Source: Octopus bimaculoides (taxonomy: Eukaryota). Taken from it: a DNA stretch of 37,062 bases. Shown piece after piece: positions 22,891 through 34,750 of the stretch. The position numbers and the translations under genes are program-made. Below the pieces are notes generated by a model. It had not been told where the DNA came from. It was given only the letters and a program-made list of their open reading frames with translations, and ran no database searches. The stretch's first letter is position 1, and each line of letters begins with the position of its first letter. The DNA lies in NCBI RefSeq assembly GCF_001194135.2, contig NC_068982.1:9282763-9319824 (forward strand), given 5' to 3'.

Positions 22891-23343
22891 TTCACTGCAG
22901 TTTCAAATGCAAATAATAAACCAACAAATTAGACAAGTATCACTAGCAGTATTTCTTCTCATAATTGTTTAATGTCTACGTCAGCGTCTCCTTATTGACA
23001 AGAAGTATAAACGTGAATATGCCGCTCATGGTGTTTTAATGAGATAAAGGATTGTTTAAACACTTCATTCGTAAGCTTTATTAATAACTCAGACAGATTT
23101 TATAAATTAGCTGTAGGATTTTGATTACGTATTCATGAAGTCATCTGTCGCCATGTGTTGATCATAAAAATGTGTTTCAATAAAGATATGTTGTTTCTTT
23201 ATGTACATCAGCGCTCTGAATAGAAGACGTGTTAATAAGATTATTACTCGGCGCTGCAGTAGCACCACAGTAGAGGAATGTGAGATTTGCTCAACTGTGA
23301 CCAAACTATGAATAGAATTTTTTCATTTGTTCTATAATAATGA

Positions 23344-23505
23344 AACTTGGAAACTTTTCCTGGTGTTAAAGACAAAATGCATTCGGATGCAGATGACTGG
23401 TTTAAGCACCGAAAATATGGAATCAATGAATACTTAAGGAGCATCAACGATTACCTCTACAATAGTGAACGTCGTGTAGTGTTCACCACACCCAGTTATT
23501 ACTAA
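23344..23505 (+). CDS. Candidate coding exon (DKMHSDADDWFKHRKYGINEYLRSINDYLYNSERRVVFTTPSYY*)
   Basis: 53 open codons in unique sequence with protein-like composition; only weak acceptors (AAG at 23370-71); family not recognised. Confidence 0.2.
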   Translation, partial: NLETFPGVKDKMHSDADDWFKHRKYGINEYLRSINDYLYNSERRVVFTTPSYY

Positions 23506-23563
23506 ATCGGAATGAATCAACAAAGCTCCGATGCACTTCAACAGTAACGTTATACATACTATA

Positions 23564-23714
23564 GGCGCAGGAGTGGCTGTGTGGTCAGCAGCTTTCTTAC
23601 CACACAACCGGGTTCAGCGTGGCACCTTGGGCAAGTGTCTTCTACTATAGCCTCGGGCCTTGTGAGTGGATTTGGTAGACAGAAACAGAAAGAAACCCGT
23701 CATCGATATATATA

Positions 23715-23761
<47 letters not shown>

Positions 23762-23762
23762 A

Positions 23763-23794
<32 letters not shown>

Positions 23795-24005
23795 CGTTTG
23801 TGTGCGTGTGTGTTTATCCCCCATCATCGCTTGACAACCGATGCTGATGTCTTTACGTCCCCGTAACTTAGCGGTTCGGCAAGAGAGAGAAAGCGATAGT
23901 ATACTGGGCTTACAAAAAAAAAAAAAAGTCCTGGGGTCGATGTGATCCACTAAAGATGGTGCTCCATCATGGCCGCAGTCAAATGACTGAAACAAATAAA
24001 AAAGA
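23564..24005 (+). mobile_element. Full-length OK-like bipartite SINE with internal (TA)n/(TG)n spacer
   Basis: tRNA-like head GGCGCAGGAGTGGCTGTGTGG, core CCTTGGGCAAGTGTCTTCTACTATAGCC, tail GGCCGCAGTCAAATGACTGAAAC. Confidence 0.85.
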
Positions 24006-24504
24006 CATTTAAACATACCATTATAAACATGATGAAACACAGACAAGACATCTTGAAACATATTGTACAAAAGCACGTCCCTCATTCATATGTAAACGTA
24101 TTTCTCGTGTGTTGTGTACGTGTGCACGCATACACACCAACCCACCTTTCTTTATTCATACATACTTTCAACTTCACCCGCGACCAAAAACATTTCCTCA
24201 CCATCTCCCCATCAATTCCTCTTCTCTTCAAATGCCAACCCACTACTGGATTCTGTGATTAAGCTAAAACTACTATATTATCTACCGTCAACATGTCCAA
24301 ATCCTCCATTCTCTCTCTCCCCTATGTTTCATTTTATTTTATTTTATTTTATTTTATTCATTTATTTATTATTCTTTCTCTTCTTTCTCCCCTTCTTCTA
24401 TTACTTTTATTTCTCCCCTCATTTATATACCCCTCACATACTGGAACCTCCACACATTCTGATTCAATCTTCTTTGCGTCAACATGTACCTCCTTGCGAC
24501 AATG

Positions 24505-24700
24505 TAGCCTTTAATTCGTCTGCCGTTACGTTCTGAGTTCAAATTCCGCCGAGGTCGACTTTGCCTTTCATCCTTTCGCAGTCGATTAAATAAGTACCAG
24601 TAAATCACTGGGGATCGATGTAGTCGACTTAATCCCCTTGTCTGTCCTTGTTTGTCCCCTCTATGTTTAACCCCCTGTGGTCAATAAAGAAATAAATACA
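24505..24700 (+). mobile_element. Nin-SINE lacking its head
   Basis: GAGTTCAAATTCCGCCGAGGTCGACTTTGCCTTTCATCC...AATAAAGAAATAAATA. Confidence 0.85.
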
Positions 24701-24885
24701 ATCAAGATATCCTTGGCCTGAAGATTAGCCGCTGGTATATACCTCACTTGGATTTTAACACTTCTGAGGTTCCATTCGCTATGAAACACATGTAGCTCGG
24801 ATTTCCCACACTCCATTCCGTAATATTTGTATGCGTGTGTGTATGTGTGTGTGTATACAGTTCTATTAAAGCTGTAAAATTATCA

Positions 24886-24985
24886 CAAAAAACTGTTACC
24901 CAGACTTTCAAGTTCTCGTTCATCAGACAGTTGTGATGAAAACTTCTATACGAGTGAACGTGAAACTCTGAGTAACAGTTTTTTG
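24886..24985. repeat. Imperfect palindrome containing two opposed hammerhead-like cores (Penelope-like inverted terminus)
   Basis: Arms 24886-24910 and 24961-24985 are 23/25 complementary; TCATCAG-ACAGTT-GTGATGA at the centre. Confidence 0.6.
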
Positions 24986-25099
24986 TAATAATGTTACAGC
25001 TAAAGTAAAAGCATATTACTCTACCTTTGGTACTCGAGTAATATTTTCCCACCTTGTTTCGCACATATCTGGTCACCATATANNNNNNNNNNTATATAC

Positions 25100-25345
25100 T
25101 GAGGCGCCGTAACCAAGCGGTTAATCTGTTGTCCTTACGATCGCTATATCGTGGGTTCTAAACCGGCTGGCGAGTCGTGCTCTTGAGCAAAACACTTCAC
25201 TTCGCGTTGCTCCAGTCCCTGTTTTGATTGCAGTGGTGGGACGGGGTGGGTAGTGGCGCTTAATTTTGGTCTGCTCGCCTACCCAGCGGGGTGGCCTCAT
25301 TTGAAGGTTAAGGCGATGCTAAGCGCATTGTGACTAGCGATAGTC
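25100..25345 (+). mobile_element. tRNA-derived SINE with V/Meta-like core
   Basis: Head GAGGCGCCGTAACCAAGCGGTTA...GGGTTCTAAACC; core CTCTTGAGCAAAACACTTCACTTCGCGTTGCTCCAGTCC. Confidence 0.7.
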
Positions 25346-26379
25346 TGGTCGGTCACGTGATACCTTTATATGTGTGTGCGTGTTTGTGCGTGTTTATGCG
25401 TGTGTGTGCATATTTATGAACATATTTGTGTTTATGTATGTATGTACGTATGCATGTATGTATAGCTTTGGGGAAATAATCATTAGACAGGAACTCGAAA
25501 TAATGGTGCCTTGTAAAGGAAGTCTTAGATGTTTATGATACACCGAATTGGATCCTCACTTTCTCGTCACTTTGACTGTTACTAATACAGTAATTGACTC
25601 CTTGGAAATGTGTAACCAACGGCGTTACTTTTCACAAGCTGTGATACTGATAACTATAAGTAAATGTAAAATGTGTTATTGCAAAAGGATTAAATATATG
25701 ACGTTGTATTAAATCAAGTAAAAGTACATATTAAGCAGGAATTCATAAAAATGCTCTAATTTATATTGTGTATAAGAGAAAAGGGAAAATGAAAAGATGT
25801 ATTTGTCTTATATTCACTCAAAAACGTATACACTAAATAGCAAAACGTTGTAAATATATCGTTATGTCGTTATATACATATATCCAAGAACTTAGCCAAC
25901 CAGCAACATCTTCTGTTAATAATAGGGGTCAAACAAGATCATCTTAATGTGCAGTAAAATATAAGGCCTCTTATGACAAAGAAGAGAATTTATGCTGATA
26001 AACAAAGGCTGAAGTTATTCTGTATTGTAAAATTTGAAATGAAAAGATGCCAAAAAAATATGACATAAAAAAAGTATTATTAAGAAAATCTCGACGTCTT
26101 TATTATACTTGGAGAAGAAACATGACAGGTCTATATGATTTGATAAATATAATGTTAGATATTTCATCACAATGAACAGTAACTTGTGAAGGAAGTCTTT
26201 GTGAAGATTGCTTGGAATTCATCTAACTGTCAATTTCTTAAGAATGACTTTTCATTATAAACGTTGGTCAATTCTATTCTAAGACATGTTATGGTTCATT
26301 AACCCTTTTCTAAAAATACAAGATTGAAATGATATCTTCCAGAAATCTGTCACATTATATTATCACTAACTTTATGTAG

Positions 26380-26472
26380 AAGACTCACTACGACGTTGAC
26401 TATAAATTCGATATTAGGGCGAAATCTGAGAATTTCTCTTAATGGAGTGATTAAGCAATCTTAAGTACAGTG
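26380..26472 (+). pseudogene. Candidate pseudo-exon resembling the C-terminal end of a fibronectin type III domain
   Basis: Branch point ACTAAC + TTTATGTAG| acceptor, donor GTG|GTAAGG; reads KTHYDVDYKFDIRAKSENFS*WSD*AILSTV. Confidence 0.25.
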
Positions 26473-26527
26473 GTAAGGCTCTGCAGGATTCTAGGTAAAG
26501 TGTATACCAATATCATAAATATGCTCA

Positions 26528-26940
26528 AAGTGGCGACCTGGCAGAATCGTTAGCACACCGGGCGAAATGCTTAGCGGTATTTCGTCAGCCGTTACATTCT
26601 GAGTTCAAATTCCACCGAGGTCGACTTCGCCTTCTATCTTTTCAGAGTCGATTAAATAAGTACCAGTTACGCACTGAGGTCGATATAATCGACTTAATCC
26701 TCTCCTCCAAGCTGCCTTTGTGACAAAAAATTGAAATCAATATTATAAAGTGGCGAGCCAGCAGAATCGTTTGCACGCCTGGAAAAATGATTAGAGGCAT
26801 TTTTAAGTGCTGAGTTCAAATTCCACAGATGTCACCTTTGTATTTTATCCTTTCGGGGCTGATAAAATAAGTACCAATTAATCACTTGAGATCGATGTAA
26901 TCGACTTTCCCTTTGCCCCGAATTTGCTGGTCTTTTGCTG
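26528..26940 (+). mobile_element. Two consecutive Nin-SINEs (26528-26745, 26748-26940)
   Basis: Two AAAGTGGCGA heads, two B-boxes, two cores. Confidence 0.85.
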
Positions 26941-28114
26941 ATATTAGAAATTTTACTTTTTATAAGTCAAAGGAATTTCTGACATGAAATTCGAAGTTGT
27001 AAAGTGTAAAGTATTACCTATATCGGCATGATTTCGTTTCATGATCGAAGTGTAATGTTTCATCCTAACTACAAAACCTTCGGAAGCAACTGCAGTCGTA
27101 AAACATGGGGTTTGTGCTGGATAAAGCATTCTCTATAACTTCAACCATCTGTTTTCAAAGCCATACGAACAGCATCGACCAGATATATCATAGGCGCATT
27201 CTATAGTTTTCTATAACTTTTACTGATTGTTCCGTAACGGGTTAGAATAGAATAGTGTCAACTGTGCTTTGCAAAGTTCTCATTGAGGTTGCCAAGAGGA
27301 ACAACAGTAGCATTGCATTTATGTTAGAACCATTGATTGAGTGAAGGACTCGCCTCAAATATTAAAGTCTCTTCTGCACTACAAAGTAATTGATTCCCTT
27401 TAATGATATTTTCCTATTCATTATTTGATGTTACCATCTGGTGATGTAGCCATCACTAATCTCTTCACAGTTTCTTAGTATTTAACATGTCGGCACAATT
27501 GTTTCATTCGACAATTGTCTGTTTGCGTAGTTTCTTCGTATCTGCCTATTGTTGAATTGGGAAGTAGTAGTTTTGTATACGTTTGAGAAGAGAAGACCTA
27601 GTGTGCGCTATTTACTTTTTCAACATGAACCTTCTAGTTGATAGAGCGCCACAACTATTTAAACAGCTCGCAAATACATATACTCTTTCAATGGAGGGGT
27701 AATGTTCACTAAGTTTACGATATCAACAACAGGAATGTATGAAAGGCATGCGCATTTTCAATAGCAAATATATTGGACAAAGCTATACTATACATAGTCG
27801 GAGGCCATCTGAAAAACAGTAAGACAGATATTAAAACGTGTTTCTTAATGCGTTATAATGTCAACCATTGTCTATTGCTATAAATGTTTCGTCGACATCA
27901 TGTGCCGATAGATTTTATTGTGTGTGTGTGTATGTCAATGAGTGTGTGTGTGTGTGTGTGTGCGCGTGTTTGTATGTTTGAAATTGAAAAAGAAAGAAAA
28001 AATGAGGGTAAGAAAAGTAGAGATGATGAAAGTGTAGTCTTAACGCCACAAAAGGAAGAAAGTTGCATGTCAGAAACGGAGAGGAATAGGGGGAAAAAAG
28101 AAACACCGAGGGAG

Positions 28115-28121
28115 CACAGAA

Positions 28122-28162
<41 letters not shown>

Positions 28163-28240
28163 CAGAGAGAGAGAGACAGAGAGACAGACAGACAGACAGA
28201 CAGACAGGCAGACAGAGAGAGAGAGAGAGAGAGAGAGAAA
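28115..28240. repeat. (AG)n/(ACAG)n microsatellite
   Basis: Direct inspection. Confidence 0.95.
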
Positions 28241-28817
28241 TAAAGACACAGAGTAAGGCTGGCAATTTAAGGATTACTGTTCGAACGTCTACTTTTAATA
28301 CTTACTTTTGCATTCCCATCAAAATTCCATCGTTGTTTCTATCATGTACAACATCCCTGATTTGCTTTCNNNNNNNNNNNNNNNNNNNNNNNNNNNNNNN
28401 NNNNNNNNNNNNNNNNNNNNNNNNNNNNNNNNNNNNNNNNNNNNNNNNNNNNNNNNNNNNNNNNNNNNNNNNNNNNNNNNNNNNNNNNNNNNNNNNNNNN
28501 NNNNNNNNNNNNNNNNNNNNNNNNNNNNNNNNNNNNNNNNNNNNNNNNNNNNNNNNNNNNNNNNNNNNNNNNNNNNNNNNNNNNNNNNNNNNNNNNNNNN
28601 NNNNNNNNNNNNNNNNNNNNNNNNNNNNNNNNNNNNNNNNNNNNNNNNNNNNNNNNNNNNNNNNNNNNNNNNNNNNNNNNNNNNNNNNNNNNNNNNNNNN
28701 NNNNNNNNNNNNNNNNNNNNNNNNNNNNNNNNNNNNNNNNNNNNNNNNNNNNNNNNNNNNNNNNNNNNNNNNNNNNNNNNNNNNNNNNNNNNNNNNNNNN
28801 NNNNNNNNNNNNNNNNN

Positions 28818-29587
28818 AATTTTTGTTCATTCTTCAGCTAAAACAGTCTCCAGTTCTTGTTGTGATGACGGTGGAGGATATCGACTCTTTACCAGTTTTT
28901 CTAAAATGCACCATAAATGTTCAATAATATTGAGATCTGGGGGCTGTGGTGACCAGGTAAGATGTTTAACTTCACTAGAATATTCTTCGTGCTATTCAGT
29001 AACAACCATGAAAGATTGCGTTTCCCTCAGGAAACAGTTCCGAAACCATAGGATGAATTTGATCAGATAAAATGCTTAAATAGACTTGACTATTAATTCT
29101 GCCATGAAGGGAAACCATTGGGCCAGCAAATTTCCAAGATATAGCCCCCAGATCATCACAAATCCTCCTCTATGTTTAACAGTTGGAAGGTGGCAGTCTG
29201 GGTCAAATGCTTCTTTTGGCTGTCTCCACACGTATACTGGGCCGGTGGTCGCAAATAAGGTAAAGGATGACTTGTCCGAGAAAATAATATTCTTCTACTG
29301 CTCTAGGGTCCAATTCTGTAGGTTTTTACTCCATTGTAAATGTTTTGCAACGTTTGCTTTTGAAAGTAGTGGTTTTCTGATTGCAGTCCTCCCGTGAAAT
29401 CCAGCCTTGTGCAGCTCCTGGCGAACAGTTTTTGTGGAAACTGGATTCTCGAGGTGGTCATTAAGCTCTGCAGTAATTTTGGGAGCTGTACTTTAATAAT
29501 CCTTATGAAGTTTTCGACGGTTTTACAGATATTTCCATATTACGATGCTATGATGCTAGGTGTTTCCATTATTTTGTACAATCCCTG
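28818..29587 (-). mobile_element. Degenerate Tc1/mariner transposon: 5' TIR plus frameshifted, internally deleted transposase
   Basis: GFHGRTAIRKPLLSKAN...NIIFSDKSSF...VWRQPKEAFDPDC..PTVKHRGGFVMIWG...WSPQPPDLNIIEHLW; TIR CAGGGATTGTACAAAATAATGGAAACACC ending at 29587. Confidence 0.9.
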
Positions 29588-29589
29588 CT

Positions 29590-30110
29590 TCCTTCTACTG
29601 TCCATGCTTCTACACTTTACTGCTATACATATATCTCTCTTCCTCTTCCCCTGTCTCTTGTCGCCCACCTTGTTCTACTTCCTCCCTCTACCACGCCTCT
29701 CTGCTCACATGTGACTTCTGGTCACTTCTCTCTTTCTCAATCCAGCCGGCTTAAAGGCGAGACGTAGTTACTATCTCTCCAGCTTCGTCATTTCACTAGC
29801 GTTCAATATCCCACGCGTTTGGCCGTACGGCTTTTTAATGTTGCTTTCACTGTCCAATTTTTCCTGTCTTGGTTTGTGTTTGCTACCTTGGAATCCTCTG
29901 TTTAGTGGGTTAGTCCACTACTCAGGAAGAAACTATTCTAAGAGTGCTTCCTGCCTTATCTTTGAAACGCCTAGATTTAGAATAGAGGCAGCTGATGAAG
30001 GAATAATTCCAAGTGGCTTGTTTGTTTTCCTATGTGTTCGTTCTGTTGTCGGTAAACAAAGTCCGTTTTGTTTTTATGCTCCCGTTCATTTTTCTAATGT
30101 CCTGTACCCG
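29590..30110 (+). mobile_element. Possible Penelope-like terminal region
   Basis: Frameshifted FW.TSLFLNPAGLK resembles the GIY-YIG C-terminal WI..L.TL.P.GLN motif; CTGATGA at 29992-29998. Confidence 0.3.
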
Positions 30111-30170
30111 AATATGCATATATATATACATGTAGATGTAGATATACATGCATATGCTCATATATCATTT

Positions 30171-30210
<40 letters not shown>

Positions 30211-31611
30211 CAATTTTTGCCCTGCGCTAACTATCTGGAATTAAAGTTTCTAGTCTCCTTACTCATCTATACCTCTTTCTGATACCTCTTTACTTACAGT
30301 TTCAAATAATCGTTACAGCCTTTAGTTATAGTTAATACCTAACTGGATTCACATCTCTTTCTCAAAAGGATAAAAGTATGAATCTATTAAATTCTATTCT
30401 TCTGCTATTTCCTTTCTTAAGTTCATTGTAAATTTCGTTTATACTTCCTGCACTGAAGTGTACAATGATATATAAAATTAAATCAATTTAATTAGTTTAA
30501 TCTAATTCAATTCAATCATGAATTTGCATTATTTTTATATCCCTGTACGAAACGATCGTCTGCATGAATTAAAATTCTCTTATATATCTTAACAACTTGT
30601 CTTCTCCCTTTTTAACTAAATTGATGAGTTTTATGGGAGTTCTTTCCATAAATTCACTACACATCATATGCAAGTATTACTTTCATAGCTTCGCAAATTT
30701 ACGCCTGTAAACTACGAGATTAATATGAATAATCAACATNNNNNNNNNNNNNNNNNNNNNNNNNNNNNNNNNNNNNNNNNNNNNNNNNNNNNNNNNNNNN
30801 NNNNNNNNNNNNNNNNNNNNNNNNNNNNNNNNNNNNNNNNNNNNNNNNNNNNNNNNNNNNNNNNNNNNNNNNNNNNNNNNNNNNNNNNNNNNNNNNNNNN
30901 NNNNNNNNNNNNNNNNNNNNNNNNNNNNNNNNNNNNNNNNNNNNNNNNNNNNNNNNNNNNNNNNNNNNNNNNNNNNNNNNNNNNNNNNNNNNNNNNNNNN
31001 NNNNNNNNNNNNNNNNNNNNNNNNNNNNNNNNNNNNNNNNNNNNNNNNNNNNNNNNNNNNNNNNNNNNNNNNNNNNNNNNNNNNNNNNNNNNNNNNNNNN
31101 NNNNNNNNNNNNNNNNNNNNNNNNNNNNNNNNNNNNNNNNNNNNNNNNNNNNNNNNNNNNNNNNNNNNNNNNNNNNNNNNNNNNNNNNNNNNNNNNNNNN
31201 NNNNNNNNNNNNNNNNNNNNNNNNNNNNNNNNNNNNNNNNNNNNNNNNNNNNNNNNNNNNNNNNNNNNNNNNNNNNNNNNNNNNNNNNNNNNNNNNNNNN
31301 NNNNNNNNNNNNNNNNNNNNNNNNNNNNNNNNNNNNNNNNNNNNNNNNNNNNNNNNNNNNNNNNNNNNNNNNNNNNNNNNNNNNNNNNNNNNNNNNNNNN
31401 NNNNNNNNNNNNNNNNNNNNNNNNNNNNNNNNNNNNNNNNNNNNNNNNNNNNNNNNNNNNNNNNNNNNNNNNNNNNNNNNNNNNNNNNNNNNNNNNNNNN
31501 NNNNNNNNNNNNNNNNNNNNNNNNNNNNNNNNNNNNNNNNNNNNNNNNNNNNNNNNNNNNNNNNNNNNNNNNNNNNNNNNNNNNNNNNNNNNNNNNNNNT
31601 ATATATATATG

Positions 31612-31662
<51 letters not shown>

Positions 31663-32029
31663 GGGTGAAGCCACGTTAAATATATACTAAGAAAAAAAAG
31701 ACGAATAAGAGCTGTGCAGAAAGAAGTGTATTACGATAGATAAATTAACAGATGAAATTGTTCAATGGCTACCCCGATTTTGCCTTTTGCTTTTCTTTTT
31801 TTAGATTGTAATGATTTGACATATAGCATACATCCATATTAATGCAATTTTTTTGGAGTCATCAAATATTGGGCAGTGATTATTTGATGGCTTGTTGGAA
31901 AAAAATGACTGAAGAAAAAAACAACAGCGAGAGCAACAACATCAACAAAAGCGAAATGTTATATGCTGAAAGAAGTTATTATATAGGGTAGTGGAAGCAT
32001 AATATTAGACTGAATAGAAAGTAAATAAA

Positions 32030-32037
32030 GAAATATA

Positions 32038-32071
<34 letters not shown>

Positions 32072-32185
32072 CACATATGTACATATATATATATTTACGT
32101 ATATATATGAGTATATATATATCTTCCATGTGTTAATATCAATGTATGTATATATATATATATATATGTTATATATGTATATGTA

Positions 32186-32221
<36 letters not shown>

Positions 32222-32232
32222 TCTCTGTCTAT

Positions 32233-32289
<57 letters not shown>

Positions 32290-32300
32290 NNNNNNNNNNN

Positions 32301-32340
<40 letters not shown>
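32030..32340. repeat. (TA)n/(CT)n/(CA)n microsatellite cluster
   Basis: Direct inspection. Confidence 0.95.
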
Positions 32341-32859
32341 CACATTGATATGTGCATGCGAGAATATGTTTATGAATATACCCGTATATGGATATACGAT
32401 GTTAAGAACGTACACGAGAAAGAGGACGAAAAAATATTCTTGTCGGGTAATTAATTAAGAGAACATCGCTGATGACTTTTCACTTAACCAAATTCATTTG
32501 ATAATTACTCATCAACTTATTTTGAATACATTTTGTTGTATTCGTTCTAAAATTGTTCATACATATACATAAATACACATACACACACACACATGCATAC
32601 ATGTATATGTGTTTATCTGTGTAATATATACACCTACATAGATGCATGTGTATGTACATTTATGTATGTATGTATTTATGTATGTATGTATGTATGTATG
32701 TATGTATGTGAGTGTGTGCATTTATGTATTCTTGTATTTTGCTTTCTATATTTCTAAACTTTTCTTTTTCCAGAGAATTACCGAAATTTTTGCAGAATTG
32801 TTTGAAAGCAAAGGAAGTTTCCTAACATGCATTTTTACTATTGATTTCAGGTTTTAGAA

Positions 32860-33030
32860 GAAGGTCAGCTATTTCGAAGGTGGAGTTAAATTGATTACAT
32901 CGCCCCCAGGTTTTCATTGATACTTATTTTATCGACCCTCATAAGGATGAAAGGAAAACTCAGATGATAAAAACGGCTGAAATACCGCTAAGCCTTTTGT
33001 CGGGCGTGCTAACGATTGTCATTTTGTTGC
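32860..33030 (-). mobile_element. Diverged Nin-SINE
   Basis: GATACTTATTTTATCGACCC...GGATGAAAGG...AATACCGCTAAG...GTGCTAACGATT. Confidence 0.7.
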
Positions 33031-33605
33031 CTTGTAGGCTTGTAATATCGAAAGCAAGAACACATAATGAATATAGAAATCATAAGAAATGGCAGAGACC
33101 AGTGTTAATAATAGCTGTATCAAATTGAAAAATTTCATTGAAAATTAATTCTGAATTCGTAGAGAAGTAACAGATATGTATTTGCCTCTGAGAAATCAGT
33201 CTAGCTTAATGATAAGCAGGAGATTTAGCAACTAATATAGGTTTTCCTTTTAACTCAATTGTAAAAATTTGTCGAACTGGATTTTGTTAACATAATTGGA
33301 ATGAAGATAGACGTTGTTAGGGAGCGTATCTCTGAATATTCATTAAGTGAGGCCAATTTGTAGTAGCTGGACGCTTCATAAGAATTTACTTTCTCTCGGA
33401 AGAAGAATTATTTCATTTATTCTGTATTTAGGATGAATGTTTTGAAGTCGGAGTAAAATTAAATGGTGTAGTGAGGCTGAAAGTTAATTTAGAAGCGTAA
33501 TGTTTGATGTCCTTTTCTGTGCAGCAGCAGAAAGGAAGAGAAATTTAACAACTCATCCGTAATACACATGCATATACATGAATTATACATGCATATATAT
33601 GTGTA

Positions 33606-33645
<40 letters not shown>

Positions 33646-34344
33646 TAAAAGTTAAAAGTGGAAACATCAAAGAAATATGTTTAAAGATTCCACTTACCGT
33701 TTTCTTTAATCTGACAAGTATTTTGTACTTTATATTTGTTACTTTAAGTAACATTTATAAAATATATAGAATATTTTATAAAAGTCACTTAATTTTACAA
33801 ATACGAAAATACTTGTTTTGTTCAATTAAAGAAAAAAGTACGGAAAGAATTTTTACGCACACTTCTATGCTGCTTCCGCTTTTACATTTTAACTATAAGC
33901 TTTGATTCGTATGGATTCTTAACCCCTTTAGAACAACACGCACACACTTATANNNNNNNNNNNNNNNNNNNNNNNNNNNNNNNNNNNNNNNNNNNNNNNN
34001 NNNNNNNNNNNNNNNNNNNNNNNNNNNNNNNNNNNNNNNNNNNNNNNNNNNNNNNNNNNNNNNNNNNNNNNNNNNNNNNNNNNNNNNNNNNNNNNNNNNN
34101 NNNNNNNNNNNNNNNNNNNNNNNNNNNNNNNNNNNNNNNNNNNNNNNNNNNNNNNNNNNNNNNNNNNNNNNNNNNNNNNNNNNNNNNNNNNNNNNNNNNN
34201 NNNNNNNNNNNNNNNNNNNNNNNNNNNNNNNNNNNNNNNNNNNNNNNNNNNNNNNNNNNNNNNNNNNNNNNNNNNNNNNNNNNNNNNNNNNNNNNNNNNN
34301 NNNNNNNNNNNNNNNNNNATATATATATATATATACATGACCTA

Positions 34345-34422
34345 CATGGTTTGGACAAAATAAATGAAACACGTAGCATCATAGCATCATAATTTTGAAA
34401 TATCTATAAAATCGTCGAAAGC
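34345..34422 (+). mobile_element. Isolated terminal fragment of the same Tc1 family, preceded by TA
   Basis: CATGGTTTGGACAAAATAAATGAAACACGTAGCATCATAGCATC matches the reverse complement of 29510-29587. Confidence 0.75.
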
Positions 34423-34449
34423 TTGTTGAAATTTTAGCCGAATGAATCA

Positions 34450-34750
34450 ATCCCAGTAGTCTGCTTTTCTTTTGCAGTTTTGCCTTGTACTTAATATATC
34501 GTTCTCTTTTGCCGAACCGCTTAGTTACAATGACATAAACATACCAACGCAGGTTGTATAGCGGTGATGCGGACAAAAACAGACAGAGAGATACAGACAC
34601 ATAGATGCATAGATGTACATATACGACGGACTTCTTTCAGTTTCCATTTCGGTCTACCAAATCCACTCATATGGTCGGTTCGACGTTGTAGTAGAACCCG
34701 AAACCGTGTTGTTTGGAAGAAAACTTCTTACCACACAGCCATGTCTGCGC
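34450..34750 (-). mobile_element. Diverged OK-like SINE
   Basis: TTTGCCGAACCGCTTAGTTAC...GGTCTACCAAATCCACTCA...CTTACCACACAGCCATGTCTGCGCC. Confidence 0.75.

Noticed and set aside
30240-30720. Decayed coding remnant on the minus strand
   Set aside because: Many stops and no recognisable motif; cannot be told apart from AT-rich noise
32469-32475. CTGATGA hammerhead core (also partial motifs near 11478 and 24765)
   Set aside because: No stem II/GAAA or stem I partner
29510-34422. Composite Tc1 transposon bounded by the two TIRs
   Set aside because: The TIRs face away from each other, so they do not enclose the intervening DNA
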